Source of the DNA: Candidatus Velthaea sp.
Lineage (GTDB): Bacteria > Vulcanimicrobiota > Vulcanimicrobiia > Vulcanimicrobiales > Vulcanimicrobiaceae
Assembly (NCBI GenBank): GCA_050012475.1
Contig: JBEKHC010000045.1
Span: 1 to 37,809 of the forward strand
Direction: 5' to 3'
DNA: 37,809 nt
Shown here: one piece after another, positions 20,304 through 29,041 of the stretch
Layout of the letters: each line of letters opens with the position of its first letter
Numbering within the stretch: the first letter of the stretch is position 1
Translations under genes and position numbers: made by a program
The notes under the pieces: model-generated
The model's input: the letters and a program-made list of their open reading frames with translations, nothing else
Told to the model about the DNA's origin: nothing
Database searches by the model: none

Positions 20304-21115
20304 GTCACGATCTGTTCGCCCAAAAACCGCCGAAGCCGCTCATTGACCTCCGCCGGGCGGTCCAGCTGCAGATAGTGGCCGCCCGCGAGCCGCGCACAGG
20401 AAAAACGCGGGCCCAGCCGCTGCGTCAGGGTGGCGACGAGCTCGCGCGAGCGCGGGTTGAAAGCCAGTACCGGCATATCGATGAGACGCGCGAACGGCTG
20501 CACCGGGAAACCCTCGGGCTGGCCGAAGGCCTCATAGAACATCTTGGGATACTCGATGGGCACTTGGCGCCGCTGATCGCGCCATGCTTCTTCCATGCGG
20601 ACCGGATCGGTGAAACTGTGCGTGAACATCCAGCGCGAGATCGCGCGTGCGACGGCACCGTCACGCAGGAACGACGCGACGAGCGGCTTCATGAGCAGCA
20701 GCATCAGCGGCGTCAGCGGTCCCAGGTCGTGCGCCGACAGGCCGTCGTTTTGCGGATAGACCGGGTCGACGAGGACGATGCCGTTGATACGGTGGGGCGA
20801 CTGAGCGCCCAGCGCGATCGCCAGCAGGCCGCCCATGGAGTGGCCGACGACGGTGATGCCGCCCGACGTCCCGTCGCGAACCGCCGCCAACGCTTCGCGC
20901 GCATCCGCATAGTAGTCGGCCAACCCGGCGTCGGCGACCCGCCGCGCGGCGCCGTGACCGCGCGCTTCCCAGACGAAGCAAGCGAAATCGCCGGCGAACT
21001 CGGCGACCTGCGGCCGCCACGACCATGCTCCGCCCCCGACACCGTGCAAGAACAGCATCGGCGGCCCTGCGCTCGCGCCGCCCAGCGTGACCAGGCCACC
21101 CGAAGGAAGCTGCAT
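20300..21115 (-). CDS. Alpha/beta fold hydrolase
   Basis: LHG oxyanion motif, RGHG, GHSMGG nucleophile elbow, C-terminal GGHYLQ; alternative GTG start at 21136. Confidence 0.9.
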   Translation of the reverse strand: MQLPSGGLVTLGGASAGPPMLFLHGVGGGAWSWRPQVAEFAGDFACFVWEARGHGAARRVADAGLADYYADAREALAAVRDGTSGGITVVGHSMGGLLAIALGAQSPHRINGIVLVDPVYPQNDGLSAHDLGPLTPLMLLLMKPLVASFLRDGAVARAISRWMFTHSFTDPVRMEEAWRDQRRQVPIEYPKMFYEAFGQPEGFPVQPFARLIDMPVLAFNPRSRELVATLTQRLGPRFSCARLAGGHYLQLDRPAEVNERLRRFLGEQIVT

Positions 21116-21127
21116 GGTTGTTTCGAC

Positions 21128-21157
21128 TTGACGCACGAGCGCCGCGTTCGGTATGTT
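21128..21157 (+). promoter_or_regulatory. Candidate sigma70-type promoter for metX
   Basis: TTGACG-N18-TATGTT. Confidence 0.45.
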
Positions 21158-21229
21158 GAGCGCTCGCTACTTGTTGGAGTCGGCATGCCGGTCGGAATCG
21201 AGCTTCGTCGCCAGGGGGATTTCGGGTAG

Positions 21230-22294
21230 GTGGATCCCCTTCACACCAGCGACGTCGAAGTCGGTCCGCTGATATTGGCAAACGGCGAGCGGCTCGAACG
21301 AGTGGTCCAGCGCGTCACCCAGTACGGGACGCTCGACCTGGGCCGCTCGAACGTCGTCCTCATGCCGCATGCCTTGACCGGCTCGAGCCGCGTGGCCGAT
21401 TGGTGGAACGGGATGGTCGGGCCCGGCAAGCTGTTCGACCCGGCGCACTGGTGCGTCATCGGCATCAACGCGCTGGGCAGCTGCTACGGCTCGACCGGCC
21501 CGGCCTCGGCGGCGCCCGACGGCGCCCCGTACGCGTCGCGCTTTCCGATCGTCGGGGTCGGCGACATGGTCCAAGCGCAGCGGCGCGCGCTCCATAAGCT
21601 GGGCATCGAGCGCATCGCGGTGGCGATCGGCGGTTCGCTGGGCGGAATGCAGGTCCTGACCTGGGCGCTCGAACACGGTTCCCAAGTCGATCACGCCATC
21701 ATCGTGGGCGCCTACGACGCGTTCTCGGCGATGGGCATCGGCTTCAACGCCGTCGCCCGTCAAGCGATTTACAACGATCCTGAATTTGCCGGCGGCGACT
21801 ACCCGCCCGACGTCCAGCCGACCCAAGGGGTTCGGCTCGCGCGCATGATCGCGATGCTCACGTACAAGAGCGACGTGTTATTCGAAACGCGGTTCGGCAA
21901 TCGCCTCGACCGGGCCGGCGGCGATCCGGCGCGCAATCGCAGCGACCGGTTCGACGTCGAAGGCTACTTGGCGTACCAAGGGGACATCTTCGCCAAACGT
22001 ATGGACGCCAACGCCTATCTTTCGTTGACACGCGCGATGGATTTGTTCGACGTGCGCGATCTGGTGCCGGCCGATCGCACGCCGCGGTTAAGTTTTGTCG
22101 GGATCGAAAATGATTGGTTGTTTCCGCGGCATTACGTCGAACGAGCGGCGGCACGGTATGCGGCGTTAGGGTACGATTGCACGTATCGCACGCTGCAGAC
22201 CAATCATGGACACGATGCTTTTCTTGCCGAGGCCGAGGCGCTGGCCGAGATTCTCGCGCCCGACTTGCGCTTCGAAACAACAAGGCCCGCGTAA
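21230..22294 (+). CDS. metX: Homoserine O-acetyltransferase
   Basis: HALTG, NALGSCYGSTGP, GGSLGGMQ, DWLFP, HGHDAFL. Confidence 0.94.
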   Translation: MDPLHTSDVEVGPLILANGERLERVVQRVTQYGTLDLGRSNVVLMPHALTGSSRVADWWNGMVGPGKLFDPAHWCVIGINALGSCYGSTGPASAAPDGAPYASRFPIVGVGDMVQAQRRALHKLGIERIAVAIGGSLGGMQVLTWALEHGSQVDHAIIVGAYDAFSAMGIGFNAVARQAIYNDPEFAGGDYPPDVQPTQGVRLARMIAMLTYKSDVLFETRFGNRLDRAGGDPARNRSDRFDVEGYLAYQGDIFAKRMDANAYLSLTRAMDLFDVRDLVPADRTPRLSFVGIENDWLFPRHYVERAAARYAALGYDCTYRTLQTNHGHDAFLAEAEALAEILAPDLRFETTRPA

Positions 22295-22466
22295 AGCGAG
22301 CCTGGTTGCCGTCGCGTAGCAGGTTTCCCTACTACCGGGTGTGGGCGACGCCGTTTTGCGCTGCAGCGCCCACTTCTGCGCGAATTTTGACCTCGTTAGT
22401 TATGCTGCGGGAAACGCGGTTCCCGGCACAACCGCCGGCATTCGATGAGAATTTGCTAAGAACGAT

Positions 22467-23252
22467 TTAGGCTTTCCACTGCGGCGAGCGCCGCTCGACG
22501 AAGGCCGCCATGCCCTCTTGAGCATCATCGGCAAGAGCGTTCATCGTCATTACTTCTTTCGCGTATGCATAAGCTTTGTTCTGGTCGAGTTCGATCTGCG
22601 CGTAAAATGCCGCCTTGCCGATGCCGACGACCAACCGGCTCGCATCCGCGATGCGCCGCGCCAACGTCAACGTGGTCTCTTCGAGTGCTTCGGGCGCAAC
22701 GACGCGGTTGACGAGTCCCCAATCGGCGGCGGTTACCGCGTCGATGAACTCGCCGGTCAACAGCATCTCCATCGCGCGTTTGCGGCCGATCGCGCGCGTG
22801 AGCGCAACCATCGGCGTCGAACAGAACAGCCCGATCTTCACGCCGGGAGTGGCGAACTTCGCCGCGCTGGACGCAACGGCAAGGTCGCATGTCGCCGCCA
22901 GCTGACAGCCCGCGGCCGTCGCAATCCCGGCAACTTCGGCGATCACGGGCTGCGGGATACGCTGGATCGTTTCCATGAGCGTCACGCACGTGTCGAAGAT
23001 GGTCCGGTACTCGGCGATGCTGCGCGCGAGCATCTCGCGCAGATCGTGGCCCGCGCTAAACGCCGGCCCGACACCGCGCAGGATGATGACGCGCACTGTC
23101 GCGTCGGCGCCGAGCTGCTCGAAGGCCGCGGTCAGTTCTTGCATCACCTCGAGCGAAAGCGCGTTGCGCTTCTCAGCCCGATCGATGCTGAGCACGGCGA
23201 TCCCGTCGCCGGCCGTCAGGGTCAGAAACCGGTACGGCTGCGTGTGAAGCAT
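22467..23252 (-). CDS. Enoyl-CoA hydratase/isomerase (crotonase) family protein
   Basis: FSAGHDL, ATAAGCQL, GVKIGLFCSTP, MEMLLTG. Confidence 0.93.
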   Translation of the reverse strand: MLHTQPYRFLTLTAGDGIAVLSIDRAEKRNALSLEVMQELTAAFEQLGADATVRVIILRGVGPAFSAGHDLREMLARSIAEYRTIFDTCVTLMETIQRIPQPVIAEVAGIATAAGCQLAATCDLAVASSAAKFATPGVKIGLFCSTPMVALTRAIGRKRAMEMLLTGEFIDAVTAADWGLVNRVVAPEALEETTLTLARRIADASRLVVGIGKAAFYAQIELDQNKAYAYAKEVMTMNALADDAQEGMAAFVERRSPQWKA

Positions 23253-23412
23253 ATCGCAGCGCTGATACCGGTCGATCGCGAATTTGTTCCGGAAAAGGCA
23301 GCATGACCCGCCGGCGCTGTTTGCCGGCGAATCATGCGGACCAGGGGGACGCTTGAAGGTCAGCCGGCGGTTCAGCGCAGAGCGCCGGTACCGCGGCCGC
23401 GTGGGCGAGCTG

Positions 23413-23703
23413 CTAGTTCGCGCTGGTCTTCGCGGCGGGGGTGAAGACTTCAGCGAGCTGGCTTGCGTACGCCTTTTGCTGGTCGAGCAACTGGGTCGCG
23501 AAGGACGAATTCAGTTCGGCGAGCTGTGAAAGCGTCGGAACGCCTTCGATCGTCGGGATATTCGGCAGGTTGGCCAGGGACGGCAGGCTGGAGGCAACTT
23601 CACGTGCCGTGCGCAGCGTGGCAATCTGGACGGATTCGATTTGTTTGAGGTTTTCCAACGCTTGGGCTTGGATCTTTTCGAGGATTTCTAAATAGGTCGA
23701 CAT
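23413..23703 (-). CDS. Small amphipathic helical protein, candidate phasin / granule-surface protein (96 aa)
   Basis: GGAGAGAG RBS; rich in Ala/Gln/Leu/Glu with no Cys or Trp; two helical blocks joined by a Pro-rich linker; last gene of the phaB-phaC-XRE run. Confidence 0.7.
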   Translation of the reverse strand: MSTYLEILEKIQAQALENLKQIESVQIATLRTAREVASSLPSLANLPNIPTIEGVPTLSQLAELNSSFATQLLDQQKAYASQLAEVFTPAAKTSAN

Positions 23704-23750
23704 CGTTTTCGCACTCTCTCTCCGCCGCTGCAGAACGGGCGGAACGTTCT

Positions 23751-23789
23751 CATGTGCTAAGTATACCAAGCAAATGCTGTGTGTGTCAA
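23751..23789 (-). promoter_or_regulatory. Sigma70-type promoter with an overlapping palindromic operator
   Basis: Minus-strand TTGACA (23789-23784)-N18-TATACT (23765-23760) with extended TG; palindrome CATgTGCTaaGTATACcaAGCAaATG at 23751-23776. Confidence 0.75.
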
Positions 23790-24160
23790 GCCCTTTCGAC
23801 GAACCCACGGTAGATTCGCATCAGGGTGTCCTTTTGATCACCCGACAAGCGGGTATCGTTCCGGACGGCTTGCTCGAAATCCGGGGCCTCCCCGCGGGCC
23901 GGAGACGCGACTTCGTCGAGCAGTCCCGCCTGGGCGTACATCGTCTCGGCCGAAATTTTGAGCGCCGCGGCGATGCTCTTGAGCACGTCGGCCGAGGGCT
24001 TGTACATACCGCGCTCGACCTGGCTCAGGTACGGATTGGAGATCTTCGCGATTTCCGCAAGCTGGCGCAGCGACAGATTCGCCATCTCGCGCTGGGCCTT
24101 GATGAACTCGCCGACTCCGCCGCGCCAGATGCCGGCCGGCTGATCGGGTTTAGTTGCCAT
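23786..24160 (-). CDS. XRE-family HTH regulator (Rv0474/MLDSR-like)
   Basis: GEFIKAQREMANLSLRQLAEIAKISNPYLSQVERGMYKPSADVL…YAQAGLL…QKDTLMRIYRGF; start overlaps the phaC 3' end by 11 bp. Confidence 0.92.
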   Translation of the reverse strand: MATKPDQPAGIWRGGVGEFIKAQREMANLSLRQLAEIAKISNPYLSQVERGMYKPSADVLKSIAAALKISAETMYAQAGLLDEVASPARGEAPDFEQAVRNDTRLSGDQKDTLMRIYRGFVERA

Positions 24161-25874
24161 GGCTGGGGATCGGCGGACCCTCCTCGTTGACGACGTAGCG
24201 CCCGGGGGCATTCTCGCCCGGCGGCAGATCGACCGGCGTGATCATCTCGCCGGCGTGTTCCGCCTCCCAGAGCGCCCAATCTTCCCACCAGCTTCCGGTT
24301 TGCTTCTCCGCCGAGGCAAGCCACTCGTCGGCCGATTCGTGCGAGTCGGCCAGCGTTTTGGTGCGATACCACGCTTTCGGATTGCCGACGGGGTTGACGA
24401 TCCCGGCGATATGTCCGGAGTTGGTGAGCGTGTACTTTATTTCGGTGCTGCCGATATTCGCGACCGTCGCGTAGGTCGAGCGCCAGGGAGCGATATGATC
24501 GGCCTCGGCGCCCAGCACGTACAGCGGCGTGTCGACCTTGCGCAGATCGATCGGCGTATCGAGGATGATGAATTCGCCCGGCTTCACCAGCTGATTCTTG
24601 AGATAGAAGCTGCGCAGATACTGCGAGTGCATCGCTGCCGGCATGCGCGTGCTGTCGGCATTCCAGCTCAAGATGTCGAACGCCGGCGGCTGGCGGCCCA
24701 TGAACCAGTTGTTGACCACGTAACTCCAAACCAGATCGTTGGCCCGCATCCAATCGAAGGTGCCCGCCATCTGGCTGGAATCGAGAAATCCGCGATCGCG
24801 CATGCCGCGCTCGAGTTTCTCGATCGTGGCTTCGTCGGTGAAGACCGCAAAATCGCCGGGATCGCCAAAATCGACGAGCGTGTTGGTGAGGGTCACGGCG
24901 TTGACGCGCGCCGCTTGGCCGTGCGCCGCAAGGTACGCCAGCAGCACGACGCACATCGTCCCGCCCAAACAAAGCCCGAACAGGTTGGTGGTCGGCGATC
25001 CGGTGACGGCTTCGATCGCGTCCAGTGCGGCGAGCAAACTGCGCTGCAGATAGTCGTCCAGCCGGTAATTGGCCATCGAAGCATCGGGGTTGCGGTAGCT
25101 TACGACGAACGTTTGATGGCCTTTACGGACCGCCCACTCGATGAACGAGCGCTGGGGCGCCAGATCCATGACGTAGTACTTGTTGATCCACGGCGGACTG
25201 CACAGCAGCGGCACCGCATGGACGCGCGCAGTTTGCGGTTGGTAGGCGATGAGTTCGATGAGTTCGTTGCGGAAAACGACGCGGCCGGGCGTCGCGGCCA
25301 GGTTTTTCCCCAAGACGAAGCTGTCGCTGTCGACTTGACGCGGCTTACCGCCGTGCGAACGGGTGTCCTCGAGGTAGTTCTGCATGCCGCGCATCAGGCT
25401 GCCGCCGCCCGTATCGTAGGCTTCCTTCACCACACTGGGATTGACCCAGGGGATGTTGCTGGGGGCAGCCGCGTCAGTGAGCATGGTGAGCGCAAATTTG
25501 GCCTTGCGGCGCGTCGCCTCAGGCAGCTTCGTCCCCTCGACGAGCTTGAGCGCCGCGCGCGCGCGCACTAAATAGCCTTCGAGCATCCCGGCCAGGAGCG
25601 GATTCTTGCTCCAGGCGGCGTCGGCGAAGCGCTTGTCGCCCGCGGCCGGAGCGGCGACGGGCGCAGCCGGCTCCTGCATGAAACGCAGCAGCATGTTCAT
25701 GCCGATCGTTTGATCGGCGAGCATGACGTCGGCGGCCCAGGTGCTCATGCGGGCCGGATCGGTCATGGCCTCGGCAACGACCGCGCGCAAAGACTCGCCC
25801 AGCGACGACATGTCTAAACCCGCGACGTCGAAACCGTAGGCAAACTCTTCGGCGGCGATCGGCGACTCGTTCAC
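24150..25874 (-). CDS. phaC: Poly(3-hydroxyalkanoate) synthase, class I/II size
   Basis: DKRF, ATPGRVVFRNELIELI, PPWINKYYVMDL, lipase-like box GLCLGG (catalytic Cys), DHIAPW, SGHIAGIVNP, GSWW. Confidence 0.96.
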   Translation of the reverse strand: MNESPIAAEEFAYGFDVAGLDMSSLGESLRAVVAEAMTDPARMSTWAADVMLADQTIGMNMLLRFMQEPAAPVAAPAAGDKRFADAAWSKNPLLAGMLEGYLVRARAALKLVEGTKLPEATRRKAKFALTMLTDAAAPSNIPWVNPSVVKEAYDTGGGSLMRGMQNYLEDTRSHGGKPRQVDSDSFVLGKNLAATPGRVVFRNELIELIAYQPQTARVHAVPLLCSPPWINKYYVMDLAPQRSFIEWAVRKGHQTFVVSYRNPDASMANYRLDDYLQRSLLAALDAIEAVTGSPTTNLFGLCLGGTMCVVLLAYLAAHGQAARVNAVTLTNTLVDFGDPGDFAVFTDEATIEKLERGMRDRGFLDSSQMAGTFDWMRANDLVWSYVVNNWFMGRQPPAFDILSWNADSTRMPAAMHSQYLRSFYLKNQLVKPGEFIILDTPIDLRKVDTPLYVLGAEADHIAPWRSTYATVANIGSTEIKYTLTNSGHIAGIVNPVGNPKAWYRTKTLADSHESADEWLASAEKQTGSWWEDWALWEAEHAGEMITPVDLPPGENAPGRYVVNEEGPPIPSHGN

Positions 25875-26623
25875 CAGCCAAGATCCAGTCCACCGGCGAC
25901 GCTATACGTCGCGCCGGTAATGTAGCCCGAATCGTCTTCGAGCAAGAACTTCACGAGATGTCCCACTTCATCGGGAGTTCCCATCCGCCGCATCGGAATC
26001 CGCTCGATATACTTCTCGAGTTGCGCCGCCGGTACCGCCGCGGCCATCTCGGTGTCGATGAAGCCCGGCGCGATCGCATTGACGGTGATTCCGCGCCGCG
26101 CCAGTTCCAGCGCCAGACTCATGGTCAGGCCGAACAAACCGGCTTTCGACGCCGCATAGTTGGATTGCCCGACGTTGCCGGTCTGGCCGGTCAGCGAGCT
26201 GATATTGACGATCCGCCCCGAGCCGCGTTCGATCATATGCTCCACAACGGCTTTGATCATGCAGAAGGATCCGAACAGGTTGACGTTGAGCACCCGGTGC
26301 CAATCGTCGACGGTCATCTTGCGCAGCGTCTTGTCGATCGTGATGCCGGCGTTGTTGATCAGGTAGTCGACGCGTCCGTGGGTTGCCAGCACCTCCGACA
26401 CCACCCGCTCGCAGTCCGCGGGATGGTCGATCTGGCCGCAATGCAGCGAAATCGGCGCCGCACTCGCATCCGCCGCAAGTTCGGCCCGCAGGGCCTCGGC
26501 CGCTTTTTCGCCGCGACTGTATCCGGCGCCGACCCGAATGCCGTTCCTGGCCAGGTGGCGCGTAATCCCCGCGCCGATTCCGCGCGTGCCGCCGGTAACG
26601 ATGGCGACTTTTCCCTCGAACAT
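25871..26623 (-). CDS. phaB: Acetoacetyl-CoA reductase (SDR, PhaB/FabG-like), copy 1
   Basis: TGGTRGIG, NNAGIT, YAASKAG, PGFIDTEM; GTGA-coupled to phaC; GGAGG RBS before ATG at 26623. Confidence 0.88.
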   Translation of the reverse strand: MFEGKVAIVTGGTRGIGAGITRHLARNGIRVGAGYSRGEKAAEALRAELAADASAAPISLHCGQIDHPADCERVVSEVLATHGRVDYLINNAGITIDKTLRKMTVDDWHRVLNVNLFGSFCMIKAVVEHMIERGSGRIVNISSLTGQTGNVGQSNYAASKAGLFGLTMSLALELARRGITVNAIAPGFIDTEMAAAVPAAQLEKYIERIPMRRMGTPDEVGHLVKFLLEDDSGYITGATYSVAGGLDLGW

Positions 26624-26651
26624 GAAATCCTCCGCTAGAATGCCGGAAAGG

Positions 26652-26660
26652 TGGTACAAT
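26652..26660 (+). promoter_or_regulatory. Candidate extended -10 for phaZ (TGgTACAAT)
   Basis: Located in the divergent phaB/phaZ intergenic region. Confidence 0.4.
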
Positions 26661-26757
26661 GATCCTTCACACGAGCCCGCTCTATTCCAAAGAACCGGGT
26701 TCAACCCTGGGCTCGCCTAATGGTTTAGAGTGAGAAGTACCCCTTTGCGGCGAGCGA

Positions 26758-28005
26758 TTGCCGCATCTTCCGACGGCGAGGCACACCATCGATAACGGCT
26801 ACGGGCTCTACGACACGGCATATTTCGGCATGGCGCCGTGGCGCTGGACGGCTGCGGCGGCGCAAGCCAGCTTCAGTAGCCCGTTCAACCCGATGGCCTA
26901 CACCCTGCCCGGCCGGATGATCGCCGCCTCGGCCGAGGTCTTCTCCGGGGCCACGAAACGGCGCGGCAAGCCGGATTGGGACGTCGACGCTCGCATGGAC
27001 GTGATCGACGAACAGCCCTTCTGCCGGCTGGTCCGTTTCTCGCGCGACCGCAGCCACGAAGTTCCGCGCATCCTGCTGGCCGCGGCGATGTCCGGGCATT
27101 ACGCCACCCTCATGCGCGGCACCGTCGAGGCGCTCGTCGCCGACCACGACGTGTACGTGACCGATTGGGCCGACGCGCGCGACGTGCGGCTTTCCGCCGG
27201 AACCTTCGACCTCGACACGTACATCAGCTATACGCTGGCCTATCTTCGGCGTTTGGGCCCCGACGTACACGTCGTTGCGGTCTGCCAGCCCGCCCCGGCC
27301 GTTCTCGCGGCGGTCGCGCTGATGGCGGCGCACGGCGATGCCGCCCAGCCGCGCACGATGACGCTGATGGGCGGCCCGATCGACACGCGGTTTCATCCCA
27401 CCGCGCCGACGTTGCTGGCCGCAAAGTACCCGCTCGAGTGGTTCGAAAAGAACCTCATCTCGACGGTGCCGGCCTACTATCCGGGCGCGGGACGGCAGGT
27501 CTATCCCGGCTACGTGCAGCTCTCGGCGTTCATCTCGATGAACACGAACCGGCACATCAACGCGCACATCAACATGTACAACGAACTCGTGCGCGGCGAC
27601 GGCGAAGCAGCCGCCGCGCGGCAAAAGTTTTACGACGAATATCTGTCCGTCATGGATGTCACCGCCGAATATTTCCTCCAGACGATCGATCGGATCTTCC
27701 TGCGCCACAGCCTGCCGCTGGGAACGTTCACCTGGCAGGGAGAGCGCGTCGATCTTTCCGCCATCCGCGAGACCGCGCTGCTGACCGTCGAAGGCGAACT
27801 CGACGACATCTGTGCGCCCGGGCAGACCGTCGCCGCCCATGAAATGTGTCCGTCGCTAACCGCCGGGCAGCGCGATCATTTGCTGCAGCCGGGCGTCGGT
27901 CACTACGGCATCTTCAACGGCCGCCGCTGGCGCGAAGCGATCGTGCCGCACATCTCGCGGTTCATCCGCCTTCACTCGCGCACCAAGAGCCTGGGGACGC
28001 TCTGA
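26758..28005 (+). CDS. phaZ: Intracellular PHB depolymerase (Cys-type)
   Basis: MSGHYATLMRGT, VYVTDW, VAVCQP (catalytic Cys), MGGPID, VEGELDDI, GHYGIFNGRRW; start uncertain. Confidence 0.94.
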   Translation: MPHLPTARHTIDNGYGLYDTAYFGMAPWRWTAAAAQASFSSPFNPMAYTLPGRMIAASAEVFSGATKRRGKPDWDVDARMDVIDEQPFCRLVRFSRDRSHEVPRILLAAAMSGHYATLMRGTVEALVADHDVYVTDWADARDVRLSAGTFDLDTYISYTLAYLRRLGPDVHVVAVCQPAPAVLAAVALMAAHGDAAQPRTMTLMGGPIDTRFHPTAPTLLAAKYPLEWFEKNLISTVPAYYPGAGRQVYPGYVQLSAFISMNTNRHINAHINMYNELVRGDGEAAAARQKFYDEYLSVMDVTAEYFLQTIDRIFLRHSLPLGTFTWQGERVDLSAIRETALLTVEGELDDICAPGQTVAAHEMCPSLTAGQRDHLLQPGVGHYGIFNGRRWREAIVPHISRFIRLHSRTKSLGTL

Positions 28006-28131
28006 TTTCGACCTGGACGTCGTCGCTGCGCGGCTCATTTGCTGAAGCAAACTTCGCCGCTATGCTCCTCGCCAGGACGAATTCAGAGCAGCCCCAGCCT
28101 AAACCCAACCCGGATCGGCAGCCGCCGAATC

Positions 28132-28872
28132 CTACATATCCAGGCCGCCGTTGACGCTGAAGGTCGCGCCGGTGATGTACGACGAGCCGTCTTCGCACAG
28201 GAACTGCACGACCCGCGCGACGTCTTCGGGCGTTCCCAGCCGCCGCTGCGGGATTTTCTCGATGATCGTCTCGAGGACGGCGGCCGGAATCTTTTCCACC
28301 ATCTCCGTTGCGATGAAGCCGGGCGCGACCGCGTTGACGGTGATGCCGCGCCGCGCCGTCTCGAGCGCCAAACTTTTGGTGAAGCCGAACAAGCCGGCTT
28401 TGGACGCTGCGTAGTTCGTTTGGCCGACGTTCCCGATTTCGCCGATCACCGAACTGATGTTGACGATCCGCCCCGAACCGCGCTCGATCATGTGCTCGAG
28501 GATGGCCTTCGACATGCAGAACGCACCGAACAGGTTGACGCTGAGCACCTTTTGCCAGTCCTCATGCGACATCTTCCGAATCGTCTTGTCGATCGTGATG
28601 CCGGCGTTGTTGATCAAGAAATCGCAGCGTTTGTGCAGCCCGAGAACCTCGTCGCAGACGCGCGCGCAATCGCCGGGGTCGTCGACCCGCCCCTGATGGA
28701 TCGACATCGTCGCACCTTGCGCCTCGAGTTCGGCTTTGAGCTCCTCGGCGGCCGCGGTACCGCGATTGTAACCGGCGGCGACTGCGCAGCCGTTCGATGC
28801 GAGCATGCGCGTGATACCCGCGCCGATACCGCGCGTGCCGCCGGTGATAAAGGCTACTTTCCCTTCAAACAT
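28132..28872 (-). CDS. phaB: Acetoacetyl-CoA reductase (SDR, PhaB/FabG-like), copy 2
   Basis: TGGTRGIG, NNAGIT, GNVGQTNYAASKAG, YITGATFSVNGGLDM; GGAG RBS before ATG at 28872. Confidence 0.88.
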   Translation of the reverse strand: MFEGKVAFITGGTRGIGAGITRMLASNGCAVAAGYNRGTAAAEELKAELEAQGATMSIHQGRVDDPGDCARVCDEVLGLHKRCDFLINNAGITIDKTIRKMSHEDWQKVLSVNLFGAFCMSKAILEHMIERGSGRIVNISSVIGEIGNVGQTNYAASKAGLFGFTKSLALETARRGITVNAVAPGFIATEMVEKIPAAVLETIIEKIPQRRLGTPEDVARVVQFLCEDGSSYITGATFSVNGGLDM

Positions 28873-29041
28873 CAACGTTCTCCAACGGGTCGACCGGCGG
28901 CCCGGAAAATCTTGCAGCGCTCGCAGCAGCCCGAGCTGGCAGAATTCTCTACCATTTGTACGCAACGCGGCGCAACCTGCTCGGGCGGCCGGCACGGGCG
29001 GCAAAAAAGTCTGATGCGCTCGGGCGCAGAATGCGCGCCGC

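Noticed and set aside
21137..21229. SAM riboswitch before metX
   Set aside because: No SAM-I core (ATC.AGAG…GCAACC) or other class recognisable by eye
28038..28051. TTTGCTGAAGCAAA as a second XRE operator
   Set aside because: Half-site spacing differs from the 23751 dyad and it lies between convergent 3' ends; more likely a small hairpin
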